Shown: positions 1 to 7,159 of the stretch, one piece after another | Numbering within the stretch: the stretch's first letter is position 1 | How the letters are laid out: each line of letters starts with the position of its first letter | Assembly (NCBI GenBank): GCA_964348525.1 | Contig: CAYGCY010000005.1 | Location: 1 to 40,300, forward strand | Reading direction: 5' to 3' | DNA from: an uncultured Candidatus Saccharibacteria bacterium | Lineage (GTDB): Bacteria > Patescibacteriota > Minisyncoccia > Phycocordibacterales > Zambryskibacteraceae | DNA: 40,300 nt | The notes under the pieces: generated by a model | Told to the model about the DNA's origin: nothing | The model's input: only the letters and a program-made list of their open reading frames with translations | The model's database searches: none | Translations under genes and position numbers: made by a program

Positions 1-440
1 TGTTATATATTTCAGGCGAGACCGCCCAGCTTTCTCTACATTAAAAAAACGCGTAATGCGCGATTAGTGTATAGAAAGCTGGGAGGAAGGAGAGGATGAC
101 GCCAGGTCAGCATGTCCCTTTGATACCTTGGGCTACACACATAATACAATGACGCGTACAACGGGTCGCGACGGAGTAATCCTGAGCCAATCCTAATAAA
201 GCGCGCCTCAGTTCGGATTGGGGGCTGCAACTCGACCCCATGAAGTTGGATTTGCTAGTAATCGCGGGTCAGCTATACCGCGGTGAATACGTTCTCAAGT
301 CTTGTACTCACCGCCCGTCAACTCAAGGGAGCCGGGAATACCCAAAGTCCGCCGTATGGCGGCCCACGGTAAGTTCGGTAACAGGGAGTAAGTCGTAACA
401 AGGCACGGGTAGCGGAAGCTGCTCGTGGATTCATTCAACA
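1..440 (+). rRNA. rrs: 16S rRNA, 3' portion (5' part lies outside the window)
   Basis: Conserved 16S landmarks in order: GGAGGAAGG..GGATGACG, GGGCTACACAC, CTGCAACTCGAC, GGTGAATACGTT, CACCGCCCGTCA, AAGTCGTAACAAGG, and helix 45 with a GGAA loop (CACGGGTAGC-GGAA-GCTGCTCGTG). The 3' end is placed by alignment to the canonical 16S and is approximate. Confidence 0.98.
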
Positions 441-588
441 TTTCCCAAAAGGAAATTAGTCGATATTGTGTATTCGTTCGCCCTTTGGCGGACGAGGACA
501 TAATGATGATAGTGATAACATCTCAATTCACTTGGCAAATAGGGAAGACTATTAAACAAAGAACGAAACAAGAGAAAGTGAATTTCTT

Positions 589-624
589 CAAACAAAAACC
601 ACCCGAATGGGTGGTTTTTGTTTG
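589..624. terminator. Intrinsic terminator downstream of 16S (perfect 16-bp inverted repeat)
   Basis: CAAACAAAAACCACCC-GAAT-GGGTGGTTTTTGTTTG, with U-tracts on both strands. Confidence 0.85.
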
Positions 625-645
625 CACAAATTTACATAAAGAGAA

Positions 646-681
646 ACCGCCGAGCACCAATATGGGCTCGGCGGTCTTTTT
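646..681. terminator. GC-rich hairpin terminator just past the stop of the 695-919 gene
   Basis: ACCGCCGAGC..GCTCGGCGGT stem, followed by CTTTTT on + and TTCTCTTT on -. Confidence 0.75.
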
Positions 682-694
682 CTAGTCGTTCGGA

Positions 695-919
695 CTACGG
701 AATGATCTGGGTAGCGACCTCAGGAGCGAACCTGCCCTCGAAGCGCTTTCGCGCGTGGCCGGCCTGCTTGGCGATGTGGTCAGCAAGGACTTGATTGGCA
801 CCGATACCACGATCGTCATGAAGGACGTTGGGAAGTTCCTCGATGATGACGACAATGCCACCACCATTCACGAGTTCCTCGACGTGCTTCGTTGCCTGCA
901 CGGTAATCATGAGACGCAT
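695..919 (-). CDS. Small orphan hypothetical protein (74 aa, MRLMITVQAT...TQIIP)
   Basis: Trimmed from the ORF 695..979 to the ATG at 919, which lies downstream of a TTGACA promoter and 7 nt after AGGA. GC-rich (~58% by hand count of 721-900). Terminator follows. Confidence 0.6.
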   Translation of the reverse strand: MRLMITVQATKHVEELVNGGGIVVIIEELPNVLHDDRGIGANQVLADHIAKQAGHARKRFEGRFAPEVATQIIP

Positions 920-967
920 TTGCCTGTCCTGTTCTTGAGGGGAGGGGGGTACTTCTGTGCTATTGGT

Positions 968-995
968 ACAGTAGCACATATATTAGTTTTGTCAA
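968..995 (-). promoter_or_regulatory. Sigma70-type promoter for the 695-919 gene
   Basis: Minus strand TTGACA-N16-TACTGT, with an extended -10 TG. Confidence 0.6.
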
Positions 996-1058
996 TTCTT
1001 TGATAATCCGTTGGGTATGGGCACAAATAATAGCTTTATTAAGGCTTTTTGTAAGCTA

Positions 1059-1087
1059 TTGACAAACGGTGTAAATAGGTATATACT
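1059..1087 (+). promoter_or_regulatory. Near-consensus sigma70 promoter
   Basis: TTGACA-N17-TATACT. Confidence 0.8.
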
Positions 1088-1132
1088 AGAAAACAGAAAG
1101 AGGGTCGTGGGGTCTCTCGCACGGGAGTTCCA

Positions 1133-1282
1133 ATGATCAATATCGGACCAAAGGTTCAAACCGACGGGAAAGATGGGTACGTCTCGGTTGCGGATGCTCT
1201 CAATCTGGCCGTTCTCGCTTTCTTCATTGCCTTCATCATTACGAGGATGGCAATCCTCGGGCCTGAGTGGTGGATGAGGTGA
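1133..1282 (+). CDS. Small orphan membrane peptide (49 aa), absent from the ORF track
   Basis: Hand translation MINIGPKVQTDGKDGYVSVADALNLAVLAFFIAFIITRMAILGPEWWMR*, one hydrophobic helix. GGGAG 5 nt before the ATG; bracketed by a promoter and a terminator. Confidence 0.7.
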   Translation: MINIGPKVQTDGKDGYVSVADALNLAVLAFFIAFIITRMAILGPEWWMR

Positions 1283-1298
1283 AGTCCTTTACGTGCGG

Positions 1299-1330
1299 AG
1301 GCCGCGAGCGTTAACGCTCGCGGCCTTTCT
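1299..1330 (+). terminator. Intrinsic terminator (perfect 28-bp palindrome)
   Basis: AGGCCGCGAGCG-TTAA-CGCTCGCGGCCT followed by TTCTGTTT. Confidence 0.85.
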
Positions 1331-1355
1331 GTTTAATAAGACTGTGGTCACAAAT

Positions 1356-1491
1356 AAATTTCCTAACGGAAATTTTTCGCGGCCCCGGCTCGTGGTTTTT
1401 ACCTTTCGCTTCGCTCAAATAAAAACATCACTGCGCCCTCGCACATAATCACAAAATCCCGCGCAGGCGGGATATTTGTGTATTATGTGCG
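1356..1491. repeat. Cluster of hairpins at the tRNA 3' end
   Basis: AAATTTCC-TAAC-GGAAATTT; GTG-GTTTTTA..TAAAAAC-AT-CAC; CGCACATAAT-CACAAA-ATCCCGC-GCAG-GCGGGAT-A-TTTGTG-T-ATTATGTGCG (1440-1491). Confidence 0.6.
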
Positions 1492-1560
1492 CGCACTAGG
1501 GGTCGAACCTAGGACCTTTCGAGTATCAGTCGAATGCTCTACCAGCTGAGCTATGCGCGC
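1488..1560 (-). tRNA. tRNA-Ile (anticodon GAU), CCA not encoded
   Basis: Reverse complement GCGCGCA-TAGCTCAGCTGGTAGAGC-A-TTCGA-CTGATAC-TCGAA-AGGTC-CTAGG-TTCGACC-CCTAG-TGCGCGC-A folds to a full cloverleaf. Confidence 0.97.
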
Positions 1561-1656
1561 ATTGTCCCACTGAAGCTTTAGCAAAAGCGGACATGAGGCG
1601 AATATACCAAAAAACCCACTATTTATAAAGCCAAAAGAAATGTTAGAATGTCTCAA

Positions 1657-1941
1657 ATGCAAAACAGAAAAACAATTTTCGCGATAGGTCTTATATTTTT
1701 TCTAATGCCAGTCTTAGGTTTTCCTGGTGGATTTGAGTCATTCCTACAATTCTTGGGCGGACTTCTTATAATGTTTTTTGCAAGCAGAAAATCTTTGGAA
1801 AGAAGAATAGTGAAAGATAAAAGACCGAGAAGGCGAAAAGAAAAAAACCCTGTTTTTATAGAAAGCGAATCGCATGAACCTTCTGGAGAGGCAGGAAATA
1901 TGTCCACTAGCACTAATGAAGTATCCGAAAATAATACATAG
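1657..1941 (+). CDS. Small membrane protein (2 N-terminal TM helices, charged tail)
   Basis: From ORF 1648..1941. The ATG at 1657 is preferred because TG-T-TAGAAT (1641-1649) overlaps the first ATG. Confidence 0.75.
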   Translation: MQNRKTIFAIGLIFFLMPVLGFPGGFESFLQFLGGLLIMFFASRKSLERRIVKDKRPRRRKEKNPVFIESESHEPSGEAGNMSTSTNEVSENNT

Positions 1942-1952
1942 AATGAGTGGTA

Positions 1953-3107
1953 ATGAAGCTTCTCGTTTCAAAAATTAATAAGACCGCTCTCGTTCTAGTT
2001 TCGTCTTCGATTTTTGTTGTTCTTTGTGTGGTTTATATTCCACGAATTGTCGCTATAAATATTGTTTCCAATGAACCATTAGCCACTTCGACACTACCAG
2101 CAAAAAGAGTGGCTACTCACGTGAAAACTCCTGATGCAGTGAAAGCTATTTATATGACAGCCTGTGTTGCGGGCACTCCGTCGTGGAGAGAATCAATGAG
2201 AAAGCTCATAAAAGAGACGGAGCTAAATGCTGTTGTTATAGACATCAAAGATTCTACGGGCACCATATCTTTTAAAAAAGAAGGGCTTGATGAAGTTGAA
2301 GGTACGGGCTGTGTCGTGAAAGATATGCAGGATTTTATAGATGAGCTTCATAAGGATGGTATATATGTGGCGGGGAGAATTTCTGTATTTCAGGATCCTT
2401 TGTATACCAAGATTCATCCAGAACTTGCGGTTCAGAGTAAGGGAGGGGGGATATGGAAAGACAGAAAAGGACTTTCTTTTATAGATGTGGGGGCGAGACC
2501 GTATTGGGACCGTATAGTAAATTTGGCTAGGGCTTCATACGACATAGGTTTTGATGAAATAAATTTTGACTACATAAGATACCCATCAGACGGCAATATG
2601 AAAGATGCTGTTTACACCCTGAGTGGCACATCTACGAAACCAGCAATGCTCAAAGAATTTTTCTCTTATCTCGACACTTCTTTGAGACCACTCGGAATAG
2701 TAATTTCAGCAGATTTGTTTGGGATGACGACTACCAATACGGATGATTTAAATATAGGACAGTTACTGGAAAACACCTTCCCACATTTCGACTACATAGC
2801 TCCTATGGTGTATCCGTCTCATTATCCGCCTAATTTTAACGGCTGGCCCAATCCAAATAAGGTGCCCTATGACATAGTGTTTTTTTCAATGAAAAGCGCT
2901 GAAGATCGTTTAAATATTTACAACAACACCGTTGCTTCAACCACAGCAAAACTTCGCCCGTGGCTTCAGGACAATGACTACCCAGTACCATATACGCCAG
3001 AAATGGTTCGAGCTCAAATAAAAGCTACTTATGATGCGGGTTTGAATAGTTGGATGCTTTGGGATGCTGGCAATAAGTACACTAGGGACGCTTTACTTTC
3101 AGAATAA
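1953..3107 (+). CDS. Putative glycoside hydrolase (DUF4015-like TIM barrel) with N-terminal membrane anchor
   Basis: Motifs NAVVIDIKD, RISVFQD, GFDEINFDYIRYP, APMVYPSHY, RPWLQD, WMLWD. Confidence 0.85.
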   Translation: MKLLVSKINKTALVLVSSSIFVVLCVVYIPRIVAINIVSNEPLATSTLPAKRVATHVKTPDAVKAIYMTACVAGTPSWRESMRKLIKETELNAVVIDIKDSTGTISFKKEGLDEVEGTGCVVKDMQDFIDELHKDGIYVAGRISVFQDPLYTKIHPELAVQSKGGGIWKDRKGLSFIDVGARPYWDRIVNLARASYDIGFDEINFDYIRYPSDGNMKDAVYTLSGTSTKPAMLKEFFSYLDTSLRPLGIVISADLFGMTTTNTDDLNIGQLLENTFPHFDYIAPMVYPSHYPPNFNGWPNPNKVPYDIVFFSMKSAEDRLNIYNNTVASTTAKLRPWLQDNDYPVPYTPEMVRAQIKATYDAGLNSWMLWDAGNKYTRDALLSE

Positions 3108-3108
3108 G

Positions 3109-3137
3109 AATGGGCCGATGCAAAGCATCGGCCCATT
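3109..3137. terminator. Hairpin between convergent genes (bidirectional terminator)
   Basis: AATGGGCCGATGC-AAA-GCATCGGCCCATT, perfect 13-bp stem. Confidence 0.8.
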
Positions 3138-3336
3138 ATCCGGATCTCTCCAGAGGCAGTCTGTTCAACAGCTGTTGGCGGAAAGCACGATTCTCCGGCG
3201 TGTTAGGAATCATCGAAAGTATCGTGCAAATCGTTTCCTTGTCGGCGAACCAAGCTTGCTTGTGTAAGGTTCTGTGTTTGGCCCAGTGAGACTGGAGTAC
3301 CATGCAAAGACTTTCAGCATTTTCCTCTGTTCTCAT
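3136..3336 (-). CDS. Small orphan hypothetical protein (66 aa)
   Basis: GGAGG 4 nt before the ATG, TTGACA promoter upstream, hairpin directly at the stop. GC-richer than its flanks. Confidence 0.7.
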   Translation of the reverse strand: MRTEENAESLCMVLQSHWAKHRTLHKQAWFADKETICTILSMIPNTPENRAFRQQLLNRLPLERSG

Positions 3337-3361
3337 TTATCCTCCGAATTTTTCTGATTTT

Positions 3362-3389
3362 ATATTAGAGCCTGTGGCGCGTATGTCAA
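3362..3389 (-). promoter_or_regulatory. Sigma70-type promoter for the 3136-3336 gene
   Basis: Minus strand TTGACA-N16-TAATAT. Confidence 0.65.
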
Positions 3390-3431
3390 TAAAAAACAAG
3401 CTTTTTTACGTTATAATTGACTAAAAGTTCT

Positions 3432-5222
3432 ATGCACGAAGACGACCAAATAACATATTTCGGCGAAACAGATGCTCGAAATAAGCACGTGAAGTTTGGC
3501 ATAAAAGCCAAAGACAGAACTCGCCATGTATATGTGATAGGGAAGACGGGCATGGGTAAATCTACTCTCCTTGAAAATATGGCGGTGCAAGATATCCAGA
3601 ACGGCAATGGTCTAGCCTTTGTTGATCCACACGGCAAATCAGCAGAACTTATCATGGAATATGTTCCAGAGCATCGTATAAAAGATGTGATTTATTTTGC
3701 TCCCTTCGATACAGACTACCCAGTTTCTTTCAATGTAATGGAGGATGTGGGGCCAGAGCGTAGGCACTTAGTAGCATCAGGCTTAATGTCTGCCTTCAAG
3801 AAAATTTGGGTGGACGCATGGTCTGCCAGAATGGAATATATTTTAAACAATACACTCCTTGCGCTTCTTGAATATCCTGATTCAACTCTTTTGGGTGTAA
3901 ACAGAATGCTTTCAGACAAATGGTATCGCCAGAAAGTTGTATCAAATATCTCTGACCCATCTGTAAAATCTTTTTGGGTAGACGAATTTGAAAAATACGG
4001 CGAAAAGTATATGCAGGAAGCTGGTGCTGCCATTCAAAACAAAATTGGGCAATTTACTGCCAACCCACTCGTCCGAAATATTGTGGGACAAAAACACTCG
4101 TCGTTTGATATCCGTGAAGCAATGGACAATAAGAAAATTCTTATTGCGAATCTTTCTAAAGGAAAAGTGGGTGAAGCTAACGCCAACCTTTTAGGCTCTA
4201 TGCTTATTACAAAGATATATCTAGGGGCGATGTCTAGGTCTGATGTGCCAGACCGCGAGCTCCAAAAGTTGCCTAATTTTTATTTGTTTGTAGACGAATT
4301 TCAGTCATTTGCCAATGAATCTTTTGCTGATATTTTATCTGAAGCTAGAAAATATAAACTCAATCTCACCATCGCACATCAGTATGTAGACCAGATGTCT
4401 GAGGAAGTGCGCTCTGCTGTTTTTGGAAACGTGGGTACTACCATCTCATTTAGAGTAGGACCTCTTGATGCTGAACTGTTGGAAAAGCTCTTCATGCCCC
4501 AATTCACAGCTGAAGATATGGTAAATCTAGGAAGATACCAGATGTATCTGACTCTTATGATAGACGGCATAGGCTCTCAGCCGTTCTCTGCGCTCTCCAT
4601 TCCTCCTATAGAAAAACCAGAGCAAACTTTTCATGATGAGATTGTTTCTGCGTCCAGAAATTCTTTTGCAAGACCGAAAGACCAAATAGAGGAAGGGGTC
4701 AGGCTTTGGTATTTAGAGGGTGAAGATGAAAGGATAGAGATGGAAAAAAGAAAGAAAAAAGGAGGAGGGGGATTTGGCTCGCCTCGATTCGGCGAAGCGG
4801 GAGGCGGTGGGTTTGGGGGCGGAAAAAGTTTTTCCAATAACAACGGTCCTAGCGGAGAAAATAAAGAGACCAGATCTGATATGAAGAAAGCTCTTTTTGA
4901 AGCTATAAAAACAGGGGTTGCCACTCCGGTAGTAAGTGCGCCCCTTCAAGTCCCAGCAGTTTCTTTGGAGAATTTTGCAAAAAAACATATTCCTACAAAA
5001 ATACACAAAGAGGATCATAAAAAACCTACACCTCCGAATGTAAACGCTCTGAAAGATGCCCTGTCTTCTCTTGTGGCCAAGAATCCAAATGAAAACAAAC
5101 CACCGCTGAGGCCAGAGGAGATACCTCCCAAGAACAGCGTGCCAAAAGAAGAGCAGAAGAAACACAAAAATCATCCAAATGAAATACCAGAAGACGAGCT
5201 TCGCAAGATACTTTCAATTTAA
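3432..5222 (+). CDS. VirD4/TraG/TrwB-like (HerA-FtsK superfamily) ATPase with disordered C-terminal tail
   Basis: Walker A GKTGMGKST, FVDPHG, Walker B LFVDEFQ, SEARKY, AHQY, GNVGT. Start moved from TTG 3417 to ATG 3432. Confidence 0.9.
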   Translation: MHEDDQITYFGETDARNKHVKFGIKAKDRTRHVYVIGKTGMGKSTLLENMAVQDIQNGNGLAFVDPHGKSAELIMEYVPEHRIKDVIYFAPFDTDYPVSFNVMEDVGPERRHLVASGLMSAFKKIWVDAWSARMEYILNNTLLALLEYPDSTLLGVNRMLSDKWYRQKVVSNISDPSVKSFWVDEFEKYGEKYMQEAGAAIQNKIGQFTANPLVRNIVGQKHSSFDIREAMDNKKILIANLSKGKVGEANANLLGSMLITKIYLGAMSRSDVPDRELQKLPNFYLFVDEFQSFANESFADILSEARKYKLNLTIAHQYVDQMSEEVRSAVFGNVGTTISFRVGPLDAELLEKLFMPQFTAEDMVNLGRYQMYLTLMIDGIGSQPFSALSIPPIEKPEQTFHDEIVSASRNSFARPKDQIEEGVRLWYLEGEDERIEMEKRKKKGGGGFGSPRFGEAGGGGFGGGKSFSNNNGPSGENKETRSDMKKALFEAIKTGVATPVVSAPLQVPAVSLENFAKKHIPTKIHKEDHKKPTPPNVNALKDALSSLVAKNPNENKPPLRPEEIPPKNSVPKEEQKKHKNHPNEIPEDELRKILSI

Positions 5223-5250
5223 GTAATTGCTGGTAGTATCATTCCCAAAT

Positions 5251-6396
5251 ATGGAGCCCAAAAAACGAATACTAATATTTTCTCTAGCCTATTATCCTCA
5301 AGTCGGAGGAGCAGAAGTGGCTGTAAAAGAAATAACAGACCGCTTGGCTGGTTTTGAATTTGATATGGTTACAATGCGTTTTGATACTTCGCACAAAACT
5401 GAAGAAAAAATAGGTAATGTGAATGTTTATAGAGTAGGCTCTGGTTCAACTTATAAAGATAAGATACTTTTTGTACCTCGTGCCATAACGATGGCGATGG
5501 GTCTTAATAATGTAAAAAAATACGACAAATTTTGGGCGATTATGACTTATATGCTTTTCCCAATATCCCTAATGAGAATTTTCTGGGGAAACAAAACTCC
5601 CTACGTTTTAACACTTCAGGACGGCGACCCGTTCTCAAGAGTTTTTAGACGCCCACATATTTTGCCTTTTTTGCCACTACTTAAGTATGGTTTTAGAAAT
5701 GCCGAAAAGGTGCAAACAATCTCAACTTTTCTTGCCGGCTGGGCAAGGAAAATGGGCTTTAGTGGCGATGTAGATGTGGTGCCAAATGGTGTAGATGTTT
5801 CTCTGTTTTCAAAGCAGTTTTCTATTGAAGAAATAAGTTCTGCTAGAGTAGCGATGGGTGCTAGTGAGCAAGACATAGTGTTGTTTACAGCGTCGCGGTT
5901 AACATATAAAAACGGGATAGATACTGTAATAAATGCTTTATCATTTTTACCTTCAAACATAATTTTTACTATCGCTGGGGTAGGGGAGGAAGAAGAGAAG
6001 CTGAAGAATCTGGTAAAAAAGTTAAAACTTGAAAACAGGGTCAAATTTTTAGGCCTTATTCCGCACAGCCAAATGGTTGTTTATCTAAAAGCTTCAAACA
6101 TATTTATCAGGTGCTCACGCTCTGAAGGAATGGGGAATTCTTTTATAGAAGCGATGGCGGGAGGCGTACCGATAATTGGGACGCCAGTAGGTGGAATTGT
6201 AGATTTTCTAAAAAATAATGAAACAGGATTTTTCTGTGAACCAAACAATCCAAAAAATGTTTCAGAAGTTATTCAAAAGATAATCAGTTTATCGTCACAA
6301 GACATGGAAATGATTTTGGACAATGCCAAGAAACTTGTTAGTGCAAAATACGATTGGCCACTGATTTCCCAAAATATGGCTAAAATACTAGGCTAA
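5251..6396 (+). CDS. Glycosyltransferase family 4
   Basis: YYPQVGGAE N-terminal motif and SRSEGMGNSFIEAMAGG (EX7E). Confidence 0.93.
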   Translation: MEPKKRILIFSLAYYPQVGGAEVAVKEITDRLAGFEFDMVTMRFDTSHKTEEKIGNVNVYRVGSGSTYKDKILFVPRAITMAMGLNNVKKYDKFWAIMTYMLFPISLMRIFWGNKTPYVLTLQDGDPFSRVFRRPHILPFLPLLKYGFRNAEKVQTISTFLAGWARKMGFSGDVDVVPNGVDVSLFSKQFSIEEISSARVAMGASEQDIVLFTASRLTYKNGIDTVINALSFLPSNIIFTIAGVGEEEEKLKNLVKKLKLENRVKFLGLIPHSQMVVYLKASNIFIRCSRSEGMGNSFIEAMAGGVPIIGTPVGGIVDFLKNNETGFFCEPNNPKNVSEVIQKIISLSSQDMEMILDNAKKLVSAKYDWPLISQNMAKILG

Positions 6397-6404
6397 ATTA
6401 GCTA

Positions 6405-6432
6405 TTGACAAATGTATCAAATTATTTATAAT
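6405..6432 (+). promoter_or_regulatory. Consensus sigma70 promoter
   Basis: TTGACA-N16-TATAAT; shares AGCTATTGACAAA with the promoter at 1059. Confidence 0.8.
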
Positions 6433-6528
6433 CAAATAAGGTCGGCATAGGGCCGATGCTCTTTAAGAGGTGTTTTAACCCGAGTGGCCATGTTGCCACT
6501 GCTCCACAACTCCATAGGGGAGATTGAG

Positions 6529-7062
6529 ATGGCCGAGAGAACTGGAAGTTTCAACGAGACACACAATGCTGCCAGTGTGATTCGTGGCAGGGCCGTGAAA
6601 GGCTTGCCCTCCAAGCCAGAAGAAATCGATTTGCGATTTCTGTTCATGATCAGTTTCGGCGATACCTACAACGGTGGCAACAATCCTTGCGACGGCACCG
6701 CTTACACCGCTGTTCTGTATGGCAATCAGATTGCCTGGGATAACGACAAGTGGTATTGGCATGGCTCTCGTGAGCAGGGCAATAAATCTGGCAACGAGCT
6801 TTATCGGCGCATGTATCATGCTTCCCAGCTGTACATGAAGATCATGGAGATTGGCCGCGCTCTCTTCTTCCGTGACAAGCTCAAGAAGGGAGTTGACACG
6901 CTCTTTGTGAGCGAGGACGATCTGGGGCTTCTCAAAGATCACCCACAGTGGAAGGAAATGTTCGAAGACTTCGGTCTCAGACTCGAGCCCGTTGTGGGAG
7001 AGGCCAGTCACTTCAAGGTGGTGGTCACCAAGTTCTACGAACCGCCCAAAGAGGTAGATTAA
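6529..7062 (+). CDS. Orphan hypothetical protein (177 aa, MAERTGSF...)
   Basis: From ORF 6484..7062. The ATG at 6529 follows GGGGAG by 6 nt. Codons end in C/G (TTC, ATC, AAC, AAG, GAG) unlike the neighbours. Confidence 0.8.
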   Translation: MAERTGSFNETHNAASVIRGRAVKGLPSKPEEIDLRFLFMISFGDTYNGGNNPCDGTAYTAVLYGNQIAWDNDKWYWHGSREQGNKSGNELYRRMYHASQLYMKIMEIGRALFFRDKLKKGVDTLFVSEDDLGLLKDHPQWKEMFEDFGLRLEPVVGEASHFKVVVTKFYEPPKEVD

Positions 7063-7089
7063 GGAAGCGACTCTGTCATCGGATAAAAC

Positions 7090-7127
7090 AAGCCCCGCCC
7101 GCGCGTAAGCGTGAGGCGGGGCTTTTC
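7090..7127 (+). terminator. Intrinsic terminator
   Basis: AAGCCCCGCC..GCGC-GTAA-GCGT..GGCGGGGCTT-TT. Confidence 0.85.
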
Positions 7128-7159
7128 AATTAATGAGATTTATTGTAGACTGATGGCTC

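Noticed and set aside
1..90. Self-splicing intron in the 16S
   Set aside because: The insert is only about 44 nt, a simple hairpin with no group I/II core or homing endonuclease.
36..685. ORFs 36..230, 295..501 and 425..685
   Set aside because: They overlap the 16S rRNA and its trailer/terminators; spurious.
682..1003. Alternative frames 682..867(-) and 755..1003(+)
   Set aside because: Less protein-like or not matched to promoter/terminator orientation; 695..919(-) fits best, though not proven.
3112..6459. Shared 10-mer GGGCCGATGC in the 3109 hairpin and the 6450 leader
   Set aside because: Too short to distinguish from chance.
6475..7011. 178-aa antisense ORF
   Set aside because: Shadow of the GC3-rich + strand gene, which has the promoter, SD and terminator.
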